25,758 bases of DNA from contig JACCZJ010000141.1 in NCBI GenBank assembly GCA_013696065.1, positions 1 to 25,758 of the forward strand, written 5' to 3'. The translations under genes were made by a program, and so were the position numbers. The notes beneath the pieces are model-generated. The model was not told the origin of the DNA. It was given only the letters and a program-made list of their open reading frames with translations, and made no database searches. The stretch comes from Nocardioidaceae bacterium. GTDB taxonomy: Bacteria; Actinomycetota; Actinomycetes; Propionibacteriales; Nocardioidaceae. Positions 9,618 to 19,605 of this stretch are shown piece after piece. Position 1 is the stretch's first letter; each line of letters starts with the position of its first letter.

Positions 9618-9979
9618 CCACCAACGACACCACTGACCTACCCGATGTCGACCTGTCCCCCGAGGGATCGGGAGTCGCCAAGGAAGACGTAGTCGAAGCG
9701 CTCAAGGACGTGGTCGACCCGGAGCTCGGCATCAATGTCGTCGACCTCGGTTTGATCTACGACGTGCTCGTCGACGAGTCCAACATCGCCGTCATCGACA
9801 TGACTCTCACCTCCGCGGCGTGTCCACTGACCGACGTCATCGAGGACCAGACCCGGCTCGCTCTCGAAGGGCTCGTCAACGACTTCCGCATCAACTGGGT
9901 GTGGATGCCACCGTGGGGCCCCGACAAGATCACCGACGACGGACGCGAGCAGCTGCGCGCTCTGGGTTTCAACGTCTGA
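9614..9979 (+). CDS. sufT: SufT / DUF59 metal-sulfur cluster assembly factor
   Basis: DVVDPELGINVVDLGLIY, TLTSAACPL, VWMPPW. ATGA overlap with sufU. Confidence 0.93.
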   Translation: MTTNDTTDLPDVDLSPEGSGVAKEDVVEALKDVVDPELGINVVDLGLIYDVLVDESNIAVIDMTLTSAACPLTDVIEDQTRLALEGLVNDFRINWVWMPPWGPDKITDDGREQLRALGFNV

Positions 9980-10033
9980 GACTCGCCGAGTCCGCAGTGG
10001 TTGGCGGCTTCGCGGCCGTGGGACAGTCCAGGG

Positions 10034-10693
10034 GTGCCTCCAGAGACTGAGCCGACCCAACCCGTGCGGCAGGTGGCTGTGCCCTGGGGACGGGTGGAAG
10101 GCTGGGTTGGTCGATTCGAGGCTCAGCACCCGGGCGCGGCATGGACTGTCTCGCCCGAGGCCGTCCATGCCACCTGCTCGGACGGCACCACTGCCACGTG
10201 GGCGATTCCGTTCGCTGACCAAGCTGAGGTGCGCACCTTGCCGGAGCTGTGGTCACATCTTGAGCGACCGTGGCAGCTAGGTGTCATCCTCGTACGCCGG
10301 GGAGGGTTCGCGGTGGCCCACGTGATTGGTTCCGAGGTCCGCGAAACCAAAGTGGGCAAGCGCCATGTCCAGGGCAAAACCAAGGCGGGTGGCTGGTCGC
10401 AGCAGCGGTTCGCACGTAGGCGTGACAATCAGGCTCGTGTCGCCTTCGATGCCGCCGCCGACCACGTTCACGCAATCCTGACGCCCCACGCCGGTCGCCT
10501 GGACCTGCTCGGTACGGGCGGAGATCGAGCCGCTGTGGCGCATGTCCTGTCAGATCCGCGCCTGGCGCGGGTGGCCAGCCGTCCTCAGCGTTGGCTCGGG
10601 GGGGTGGCGGACCCGAGACGTGATGTGCTGATCCGGGCGATCGAGACCACCCGCTCGGTCACCATCACCGTCACCGACCCCCCCTCCCGTTGA
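10034..10693 (+). CDS. acVLRF1-family (Vms1-like/eRF1-related) release-factor homologue
   Basis: VILVRRGGFAV, KVGKRHVQGKTKAGGWSQQRFARRR, GGDR match the actinobacterial VLRF1 pattern. Start uncertain: TTG 10001, or GTG 10034 with GACAGT 6 nt upstream. Confidence 0.85.
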   Translation: MPPETEPTQPVRQVAVPWGRVEGWVGRFEAQHPGAAWTVSPEAVHATCSDGTTATWAIPFADQAEVRTLPELWSHLERPWQLGVILVRRGGFAVAHVIGSEVRETKVGKRHVQGKTKAGGWSQQRFARRRDNQARVAFDAAADHVHAILTPHAGRLDLLGTGGDRAAVAHVLSDPRLARVASRPQRWLGGVADPRRDVLIRAIETTRSVTITVTDPPSR

Positions 10694-10788
10694 GAGGCCA
10701 GATGCCTCCCCTCGAGAGGCCAGTTGCCTCCCCTCAAGAGGCGGTTAGTGACCCCTGAACGGGAGGTAACTGGCCTCTCAACGGAGGA
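10683..10788. repeat. 22-nt periodic REP-like array (two near-identical direct copies, one degenerate copy, one inverted copy); possible bidirectional terminator
   Basis: GAGAGGCCAGATGCCTCCCCTC (10692-10713), GAGAGGCCAGTTGCCTCCCCTC (10714-10735), degenerate copy (10736-10757), and inverted copy (10758-10779) whose reverse complement is GAGAGGCCAGTTACCTCCCGTT. Lies between convergent genes. Confidence 0.85.
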
Positions 10789-10803
10789 GGCGGACAGGGG
10801 ATG

Positions 10804-11757
10804 TCAGAGGGTGGCGGTGGCGAAGGTGTCACAGGACGCCAGGTCGCCCTTTTCGTAGCCCGTCATGAACCAGCGGATGCGCTGCTCGGCCGAGCCATGA
10901 GTCCAGGACTCCTTGTTGACCTGGCCCTGGGTGCGCTCCTGGATCCGATCGTCACCCACAGCCGAGGCTGCGTCGATGGCCAGCTGGATATCTGCTTCGG
11001 TGAGCTCGCTGATGAACACCACACCGTTCTCATCCTCGACAGTGGTGGCGTGGTTCGCCCACAGCCCCGCATAGCAGTCGGCCTGGAGCTCAACCCGCAC
11101 CGACCCGCTCTCGGGACCCGAGCCGCCGCTCTGGGCGTTCGACAGGTCCCCGAGGATGTTCTGGACATGGTGTCCGTATTCGTGGGCGACGACGTAGGCC
11201 TCGGCGAACGGACCGCCCTCCGCCCCGAGCTGGCCCTCCAGCATCGCGTCGAAGAATCCGAGTTCGAGATACACATACTCGTCGGCTGGGCAGTAGAAGG
11301 GCCCCATCGCAGACGAGGCCTCTCCGCACTCGGTGGTGGTGCCTCCTGTGAACTCCTGCATCTGGGCTTGCCGGTATTCCTGGCCGGTCTGATCGGGGAG
11401 GGCGTCAACCCAGTAAGCCTGGACCGAGTTGACCGTCCCCACGATGGCGCAGAACTGGCTGTTGTTTGCGTCGTCTCCGGTTAGGCAGGCTTCGAGACTC
11501 GCGTTATCCGGGGCAGAGGAGACGTCGCTGTCGCCGCCCGGCAGACCGGGAATGTTGGAGGCACCCGTGCACTGTGTGGCGATAAGACCGATCACGATGA
11601 CGAGGATGATGCTGCCGATTCCGCCGCCCGCGCCACCGGGCATGGGGAAGCCGCCGCCACCCATACCGCCTGGCAACGGTGAGCCGCTCGAGGTTCGCTG
11701 TCCACCGCGTCTGCGCACTTGGCTGGTGTCTAGCCGCGCCTTGGGGTTGAACTTCAT
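10804..11757 (-). CDS. Neutral zinc metallopeptidase, YpfJ/KPN_02809 family, membrane anchored
   Basis: GPFYCPAD, AYVVAHEYGHHVQ (HExxH), ELQADCYAG, GDDRIQ, THGS. Gly-rich N-terminus plus one TM segment. Start MKFNPK behind a GGAGG RBS. Confidence 0.93.
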   Translation of the reverse strand: MKFNPKARLDTSQVRRRGGQRTSSGSPLPGGMGGGGFPMPGGAGGGIGSIILVIVIGLIATQCTGASNIPGLPGGDSDVSSAPDNASLEACLTGDDANNSQFCAIVGTVNSVQAYWVDALPDQTGQEYRQAQMQEFTGGTTTECGEASSAMGPFYCPADEYVYLELGFFDAMLEGQLGAEGGPFAEAYVVAHEYGHHVQNILGDLSNAQSGGSGPESGSVRVELQADCYAGLWANHATTVEDENGVVFISELTEADIQLAIDAASAVGDDRIQERTQGQVNKESWTHGSAEQRIRWFMTGYEKGDLASCDTFATATL

Positions 11758-11935
11758 CGACTGGGTTCCTCCGACACACGTAGACCAAAGCTGACTAAAG
11801 ACCCGGCGGCCCCGCCAGCTAGTGCCCACATTCAGTTCGTCGACACCCAACCAGCGCCTGTAGCCTAGGTGCATACCGCCCCGAATGACGTGTTTGGGTG
11901 CCTCAACCCCACCCGAAAGTCGCGCCGCATCTGCC

Positions 11936-13534
<1,599 letters not shown>

Positions 13535-13594
13535 GCGTTCACCGGCTGCACTTGGGGGTTAAAGGAACATCGAGCGCGATATGGGTGTTGCCTT

Positions 13595-15493
13595 GTGTTT
13601 GTGAGCAGTCCTCCCCATCCGATGCGCATGATGTACCAGTTCAGCCGACAGGATCCCACTGAAGGTCGAGACGGTCTGACGCCAGGGACCACTCGCCGGG
13701 TGGCTGCGTTCGCCCGCCCGTACAACCGGCCGATCCTCGGCTTTTTGCTGCTCGTCATCGTGGACGCCGTCTTGGTGGTCGCGTCACCCTTGCTTTTCGC
13801 CAAGATCGTGGATGACGGCGTACTCAAAGACAACGGCGGCCTCGTCACCACCTTGGCTCTCGTCGTGGCAGCGATCGCTGTTGGCGAAGCCTTGTTGACG
13901 CTGGCGCAACGCTGGTATTCCTCCCGGATCGGGGAGGGGTTGATCTACGACCTCCGCACCCAGGTGTTCCAACATGTGCAAAAAATGCCGCTCGCTTTCT
14001 TTTCTCGCACCCACACCGGCGCACTGGTTTCACGCTTGAACAACGACGTCATCGGCGCACAACGTGCCTTCACGTCGGTGCTCTCCGGTGTCGTCAGCAA
14101 CGTGATCAGCCTGGTCCTGGTCACCGTGGCGATGCTCATCTTGAGTTGGCAGATCACGCTGCTTGCGCTGTTGATGTTGCCCGTCTTCGTGCTGCCCGCC
14201 AAATGGGCGGGGCGCAAGCTGTCTGGTCTCACGCGTCAGCAGATGGAGACCAACTCGGCCATGTCGTCCATCACGACCGAGCGGTTCAATGTGGGTGGCG
14301 CCATGTTGGTCAAGCTCTTCGGGCGTCCTGACCAAGAACAGGAGCAGTTCGCGGACAAGGCGGCGACGGTCCGAGACCTCGGCATCAAGATCGCTATGAC
14401 GGGCCGCATCTTCTTCAGCGCTCTCACTCTCGTCGCCTCGCTGGCGACCGCTCTCGTCTACGGCGTCGGCGGCCACCTGGCGATCTCTGGCTCGGTCTCG
14501 CCTGGGGAGCTGGTGGCTCTTGCGGCCCTCATGGGGCGCCTCTATGGCCCCCTGACAGCGCTCTCCAACGTGCGGGTCGACGTGATGACTGCCCTCGTGT
14601 CCTTCGAGCGGGTGTTCGAGATCTTGGACCTGGAGCCGATGATCCAGGACAAGCCGGCTGCGGTCGGGCTCGGCGGCTCGCCTGCCTCGGTCGAGTTCAG
14701 GCATGTGGATTTCCGCTATCCGACCGCCGACGAGATCTCGCTGGCAAGCCTGGAGATCGTCTCCGGTGCTGAGGGACTGGCCAACCAGCAGGTCCTGCAT
14801 GACGTCAACTTGTCGGTTGAGGCTGGTCAGATGGTGGCGCTCGTCGGACCGTCCGGCGCCGGCAAGACTACGCTCACCCACCTGGTGGCCAGGTTGTACG
14901 ACGTTACCGGCGGGTCCGTTGTCCTCGGCGGCCACGATGTCCGGGACCTGACTCAGGAATCCATCCACGGAGCAGTCGGCTATGTCACCCAGGACGCTCA
15001 CATGTTTCACGACACGATGAGGGCCAATCTGGTCTACGCGCGGCCCGACGCGACCGAGGAGCAGATGGTGGCCGCGCTGCAAGCCGCACAGATCTGGGAT
15101 CTCGTCACGTCTCTCCCCGAAGGGCTCGACACGGTCGTGGGGGACAGGGGCTACCGCCTCAGTGGTGGTGAGCGGCAACGCCTCGCCATCGCGCGCCTCC
15201 TGCTCAAGGCGCCTCGCATCATCGTGCTCGACGAAGCCACAGCTCACCTCGACAGCGAGTCGGAGGCGGCGGTGCAGCGGGCGCTCGACACCGCGCTCGA
15301 GGGCCGCACCTCCATCGTGATCGCACACCGCCTCTCGACGGTGCGGGGCGCTGACCGGATCTTCGTCATCGATGCGGGTCGCGTTGCCGAGAGCGGCACA
15401 CACGCCGAGCTGCTCGCAGCTGGCGGGCTGTACCGCGACCTCTATCGCACCCAGTTCGCCGAGCAAGACGAGGCGGAGTTGGCTCTGCGCTAG
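13595..15493 (+). CDS. Fused TMD-NBD ABC exporter (MdlB/MsbA-like)
   Basis: N-terminal TM helices, GALVSRLNND, Walker A GPSGAGKTT, LSGGERQRLAIAR, VLDEATAHLD, IAHRLST. Start uncertain (13595-13628). Confidence 0.93.
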   Translation: MFVSSPPHPMRMMYQFSRQDPTEGRDGLTPGTTRRVAAFARPYNRPILGFLLLVIVDAVLVVASPLLFAKIVDDGVLKDNGGLVTTLALVVAAIAVGEALLTLAQRWYSSRIGEGLIYDLRTQVFQHVQKMPLAFFSRTHTGALVSRLNNDVIGAQRAFTSVLSGVVSNVISLVLVTVAMLILSWQITLLALLMLPVFVLPAKWAGRKLSGLTRQQMETNSAMSSITTERFNVGGAMLVKLFGRPDQEQEQFADKAATVRDLGIKIAMTGRIFFSALTLVASLATALVYGVGGHLAISGSVSPGELVALAALMGRLYGPLTALSNVRVDVMTALVSFERVFEILDLEPMIQDKPAAVGLGGSPASVEFRHVDFRYPTADEISLASLEIVSGAEGLANQQVLHDVNLSVEAGQMVALVGPSGAGKTTLTHLVARLYDVTGGSVVLGGHDVRDLTQESIHGAVGYVTQDAHMFHDTMRANLVYARPDATEEQMVAALQAAQIWDLVTSLPEGLDTVVGDRGYRLSGGERQRLAIARLLLKAPRIIVLDEATAHLDSESEAAVQRALDTALEGRTSIVIAHRLSTVRGADRIFVIDAGRVAESGTHAELLAAGGLYRDLYRTQFAEQDEAELALR

Positions 15494-15524
15494 CCGCAGC
15501 CCCCTCGCGGCACCCCCCGCCCCG

Positions 15525-15572
15525 ACTTGTCCGCAACTGGGACTGCCAGAGCAGCCTCAGCTGCGGACAAGT
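15525..15572. repeat. Long imperfect hairpin (REP-like or U-tract-less terminator)
   Basis: ACTTGTCCGCA (15525-15535) pairs perfectly with TGCGGACAAGT (15562-15572); further pairing continues inward. Confidence 0.8.
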
Positions 15573-15593
15573 GGGTTTGGCAGGATGGGGAAC

Positions 15594-16352
15594 ATGGATC
15601 TCCTTCTCGCCGACCGCGTCTACATCGTCACCGCCGCAAGCCGGGGCCTCGGTCGGGCTACCGCGGAGATCCTGGTCCAGGAGGGCGCCCGCGTCGTCGT
15701 CTCGTCTCGCTCCAAGGCCGGCGTCGATGAATGCGTGCAGACCCTCGGGGCAGACAAGGTCACCGGGGTCGTCGCCGACAACGCCGACCCGGACACTGCC
15801 TCGGCTCTGATCAAGGCGGCGCAGGACACGTTCGGTCGGCTCGACGGTGCTCTGATCAGCGTCGGCGGCCCACCGGCCGGAAGTGTGATGAGCAGGCCCG
15901 AGGCCGAGTGGCGTACGTCGTTCGAGACGATATTCATGGGAGCCATCCGCCTCTGCACAGCCATCGCGGGGGAGTTGGGGGAGGGCGGCTCGTTGGCGCT
16001 CGTGCTCTCCACGTCCGTCAAGCAGCCCATCGGCGGGTTAGCCATCTCGAACGGTCTGCGACCCGGCCTCGCCATGGTGGCCAAGAACCTGGCCGATGAG
16101 CTAGGTCCACGGGGTATTCGCGTCAACGGCCTGCTGCCTGGACGGGTTGACACCGAGCGCGTGCGCGAGTTGGACGCGATGAGCGGCGATGCTGAGGCGA
16201 GCCGTCGAGACACGCAGGCCGCCATACCTTTGCGGCGTTATGGTGAGCCCGCTGAATTCGGGCGAGCCGCGGCCTTTCTGCTGTCACCTGCGGCGGCCTA
16301 CATCACCGGCGTCATGCTCCCGGTCGACGGCGGCATCACCCGCTCTCTATAA
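15594..16352 (+). CDS. SDR family oxidoreductase
   Basis: TAASRGLG Rossmann motif, ISNGLRPGL, VNGLLPGRVDT, PLRRYGEPAEFG, VDGG. Start MDLLLADR with CAGGAT 7 nt upstream. Confidence 0.93.
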   Translation: MDLLLADRVYIVTAASRGLGRATAEILVQEGARVVVSSRSKAGVDECVQTLGADKVTGVVADNADPDTASALIKAAQDTFGRLDGALISVGGPPAGSVMSRPEAEWRTSFETIFMGAIRLCTAIAGELGEGGSLALVLSTSVKQPIGGLAISNGLRPGLAMVAKNLADELGPRGIRVNGLLPGRVDTERVRELDAMSGDAEASRRDTQAAIPLRRYGEPAEFGRAAAFLLSPAAAYITGVMLPVDGGITRSL

Positions 16353-16453
16353 CTCCTTTTCCGCCTCTGGTCGCGAGGTACTAGCACCAATGGACGATGC
16401 CGCAGTAGTGACCGGTTGCGAGGATGGCCCTCTCCCATATCGAAAGGAAAGAC

Positions 16454-16966
16454 ATGCCAGAATCAGAAATCCCAGCTTTCAAGAAGGCGCGCCTACGCGG
16501 GGTGACACTGTTTGCCAGTAGCTTCATCCTGGCCGCTGGACTCACCGGCCCGGCCGAGGCAGGCGGCAGCGCCACACGTGGAGCTTCCAGCGAGATCGGG
16601 CAGTCACTAGCCGTGTCGAGGGTGGTCGCGAGACTTACTGGTGAGAAGGAAGATCCCAACGGTGACCGCAATGGCATCGGCCGCGCCGTCGTAAGACTCC
16701 GGCCAGCAGACAATCGAGTCTGCGCGCGCGTCAGCTGGGAACGAATCGGCAGACCAGTGGCGGCGCATATCCACCGCGGCCGGCCAGGAGTGAACGGGGA
16801 TGTAGTCATCGATCTCACCGGGTCTGTCACCGACGGGCGCAACTGCGCAACAGGCGTGCGCGCACGTCTGATCCGCAACATTCGCCAACACCCCCGGCGC
16901 TTCTACTTCAATGTCCACAACGAGCGGTTCCCGGCTGGTGCGATCCGCGGACAGCTGCATCACTAA
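16454..16966 (+). CDS. Secreted single CHRD-domain protein
   Basis: Signal-peptide-like N-terminus ending AEA, then LTGEKE, AAHIHRG, FYFNVHN, FPAGAIRGQL. AAAGGAAAG RBS before ATG 16454. Confidence 0.88.
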   Translation: MPESEIPAFKKARLRGVTLFASSFILAAGLTGPAEAGGSATRGASSEIGQSLAVSRVVARLTGEKEDPNGDRNGIGRAVVRLRPADNRVCARVSWERIGRPVAAHIHRGRPGVNGDVVIDLTGSVTDGRNCATGVRARLIRNIRQHPRRFYFNVHNERFPAGAIRGQLHH

Positions 16967-17739
16967 GCGGCCGGGAGCCCAGCTTCGGTAGAGGCGGGGC
17001 TCCCAGCGAGCTTCTGAGTTTCCGTCCACTCCGACCAGGCGAAGTAGCCCCAGAACGCCAGCGCCAGCAAGGCGAAAAAGAACCACTGGAGTCCGTAGAA
17101 GAAGTGTGGCCCTGAGCCGACATCCGGAGGTTCGGCTTTCGCGGGTGCCGGTGTCCCCTGGGGCTCTTCGTCGGTCAACTCGACGAAGCCGCCGTAGACG
17201 TCATAGGGCAGCGACTGCTCGATCTCTTGCGACGAGATGGCCCGCATCGTGCCGGTCGAGGCGGCGACCTTGCTGCTGTCTCCCTCAGCGTCGCGGCGAA
17301 CCCAGCCGGTCACGGTGACCTCACCAGTGGGAGGTTGCGGTGCATTCGGTGTCACGTTGCCATTGGCCGTAGTCGCGATCCAGCCCCGGTCAACGATCAA
17401 CGCCGTACCCGACTCGGTCACGAGCGGCACCACAACGTCGACTCCTGGTTGACTGTCCTGGGTGCGGTAGAGAACGAACATCTGGTTTTCGACGTCGTAG
17501 CTGCCGGTCGCCTCGACCACCCGCCACTCCTCGTCGGCGGCGGGTCCGGACGAAGAATCCAGCACCGCCGACACCGGGACCGGATCAGCTTTCAGGTTGG
17601 CGCGCACGGTCTCGTTCGAGCCCTGCCGATCGCCATATCGACTGAACTGCCACCGGCCCAGCTGCAGGCAGACTGCACCGATGACGAGGACAGCCATCAG
17701 AAGTCCCAACCAGCGCCGGGTAAGAAGGAAGCGCAACAC
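16963..17739 (-). CDS. SURF1/Shy1 family cytochrome oxidase biogenesis protein
   Basis: N-terminal TM, LGRWQ, VDRGW, PHFFYGLQWFFFA, C-terminal TM. Its stop overlaps the CHRD stop (16963-16966). Confidence 0.93.
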   Translation of the reverse strand: MLRFLLTRRWLGLLMAVLVIGAVCLQLGRWQFSRYGDRQGSNETVRANLKADPVPVSAVLDSSSGPAADEEWRVVEATGSYDVENQMFVLYRTQDSQPGVDVVVPLVTESGTALIVDRGWIATTANGNVTPNAPQPPTGEVTVTGWVRRDAEGDSSKVAASTGTMRAISSQEIEQSLPYDVYGGFVELTDEEPQGTPAPAKAEPPDVGSGPHFFYGLQWFFFALLALAFWGYFAWSEWTETQKLAGSPASTEAGLPAA

Positions 17740-18069
17740 AACAAGTCAAACCTAACCCGTAGCCAGGGCCGTTTCCGCACTGCCTTGTTGCTCCACTGGC
17801 AACCGCGAAATATATCTGAGCGTCAAAGGCGCGGCTCACGTCCGAACGCACATAGCACACGTGTCCTGCGACCCTTCACGGATCGAGGTGAACCAGAAAG
17901 CGTGATGGGCCATCCTGCACAGGGGGAAGGCGGGCCGAGCCCGAAGCAGCGATTACTGGCGTGGCAGTTGGTAGGCCACGCCGATTCCGTGCACTCGCCA
18001 ACTCAGCGAAAAAATGCCCTCGTTGCAGCAGCCGGCACGTTGCACGCGATTACCTCATGGCCCGTGAGC

Positions 18070-18400
18070 CTCTGAGAGTGATGGATTGGCTGACCCTGAT
18101 CGTGGGGGGAATCGGCGCGCTCGGATTCGCCCATGCCCTGCGCGCGGCTTCCGGCTTCGCCTTCGGTGCCGGGTGGCCGCAGTTTCCCGCCTGTGAGTCG
18201 CTCTGCCCGCACGCGCACGGGGTCTGCACGCAGAATGTTCACAGGATTTCTGGCATGCCCTCCCTCCATGAGGCGCCACACCACCACCGTCGGCACCGTG
18301 AAGCACGGTGCATCGTGGATCCGATGGGCTCACCGGCTGTGTCCTAACGGGACTGCCCGGAGGTCGGGCAACTCTCCATCTCCTAGATCGGACTCGACGT
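18070..18400 (+). pseudogene. Possible degraded membrane-protein gene fragment (identity uncertain)
   Basis: Hydrophobic stretch MDWLTLIVGGIGALGFAHALRAASGFAFGAGWP, flanked by short ORFs in other frames. No intact recognisable gene between SURF1 and moaA. Confidence 0.2.
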
Positions 18401-18568
18401 GAGCAGCAGCCGGTCGCTCTCACACACCACGCCTAGCACCCGGTTGTCTACACCAACCGATCTGCAGACCTTCGCGTACTCATAGGTATGGAGGCGCAAT
18501 GAGACCGGAGCCTCGATCGCGATAGCTTGCGAGGGGAGACGACGCGGAGCGGGCCACAACCGCTCACG

Positions 18569-18574
18569 TAGACT
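18569..18574 (+). promoter_or_regulatory. -10 element (TAGACT) of a probable leaderless moaA promoter
   Basis: TANNNT 6 nt before ATG 18581; no SD sequence. Confidence 0.65.
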
Positions 18575-18580
18575 GACGAG

Positions 18581-19594
18581 ATGCCGAGTCCTGCTCCGAG
18601 CCAACTGCCGTTGCTCGACCAGTACGGGCGAGTTGGCACCGACCTGCGGGTTTCGCTGACCGACCGGTGCAACCTGCGCTGCTCCTACTGCATGCCGGCC
18701 GAGGGTCTCGATTGGCTGCCCACACCCGGCGTGCTGACAGACGACGAGGTGGTTCGCCTCATCACGATCGCAGTCGAGCGCCTCGGCGTCGAGCAGATCC
18801 GATTCACCGGCGGTGAGCCACTCATCCGGCGGGGATTTGCCGGCATCGTGACGCGCACCGCGGCGCTGAAGCCGCGTCCCCGCATCGCTGTCACCACCAA
18901 CGGCCTTGGCCTCGACAAGGTCGCACCTGCGCTGGCGGCCGCCGGCCTCGACCGGGTAAATGTGAGTCTCGACACCATCCGGCCCGACACCTTCGCCGTG
19001 ATCACCAGACGCGACCGACTCGGGGACGTGGTGAAGGGTCTGGAGGCTGCCGCTGCCGCTGGCCTCAACCCGGTCAAGGTCAACGCGGTTCTCTTGCGCG
19101 GCCACAACGAGGACCAGGCCCCTGAGTTGTTGCAGTGGTGCCTCCAGCGAGGCTACGAGCTGCGGTTCATCGAGCAGATGCCGTTGGACGCCCAGCACGG
19201 GTGGAGCCGCGAGGCCATGGTCACCGCCGACGAGATCTTGGCCTCACTCAAGCTGGTCTTCGACCTCACCCAACACCCCGACGAGCGAGGCAGCGCGCCG
19301 GCCGAGCTGTTCCTGGTTGACGGGGGACCGGCGACCGTCGGTGTCATCGGGTCCGTCACTCGCCCGTTCTGTGGTGACTGTGACCGGGTCCGGCTCACCG
19401 CCGATGGCCAGATCCGCAACTGTCTCTTCGCCCGCGAGGAGTCGGACCTGCGTACGGCGCTGCGCAGGGGCGCCGACGACGAGGAGATCGCTGACCGCTG
19501 GCGAGCCGCGATGTGGAACAAGCGGCCTGGCCATGGCATCGACGACCCGTCGTTCCTGCAGCCTGCGCGTCCCATGAGTGCGATCGGCGGCTGA
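18581..19594 (+). CDS. moaA: GTP 3',8-cyclase MoaA (molybdenum cofactor biosynthesis, radical SAM)
   Basis: CNLRCSYC radical-SAM motif, FTGGEP, RFIEQMP, second-cluster motif PFCGDCDRVRL...CLF, and C-terminal MSAIGG. Confidence 0.97.
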   Translation: MPSPAPSQLPLLDQYGRVGTDLRVSLTDRCNLRCSYCMPAEGLDWLPTPGVLTDDEVVRLITIAVERLGVEQIRFTGGEPLIRRGFAGIVTRTAALKPRPRIAVTTNGLGLDKVAPALAAAGLDRVNVSLDTIRPDTFAVITRRDRLGDVVKGLEAAAAAGLNPVKVNAVLLRGHNEDQAPELLQWCLQRGYELRFIEQMPLDAQHGWSREAMVTADEILASLKLVFDLTQHPDERGSAPAELFLVDGGPATVGVIGSVTRPFCGDCDRVRLTADGQIRNCLFAREESDLRTALRRGADDEEIADRWRAAMWNKRPGHGIDDPSFLQPARPMSAIGG

Positions 19595-19605
19595 CCCTGC
19601 CGGCC

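Noticed and set aside
10683-10788. Possible mini-CRISPR array
   Set aside because: Units abut directly with no unique spacers, one unit is inverted, and there are no cas genes.
14030-15466. 478-aa antisense ORF, plus similar ones at 277-1347, 7174-8097, 12458-13426 and 18383-19198
   Set aside because: All lie opposite well-supported genes and have the composition typical of GC-rich reverse frames.
15533-15540. GCAACTGG in the 15.5-kb hairpin is the reverse complement of CCAGTTGC in the 22-nt repeat
   Set aside because: Only 8 bp are shared and the flanks differ, so this is not enough to place them in one family.
18499-18525. Tiny ORF MRPEPRSR with a GGAGG RBS upstream of moaA
   Set aside because: It ends before the moaA -10, so it is not a leader peptide of that transcript; too short to support on its own.
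17800-18580. Known riboswitch (Moco, c-di-AMP, c-di-GMP, SAM-IV) upstream of moaA
   Set aside because: I could not match conserved cores by eye, and moaA looks leaderless, leaving no 5' UTR. An Infernal scan would settle it.
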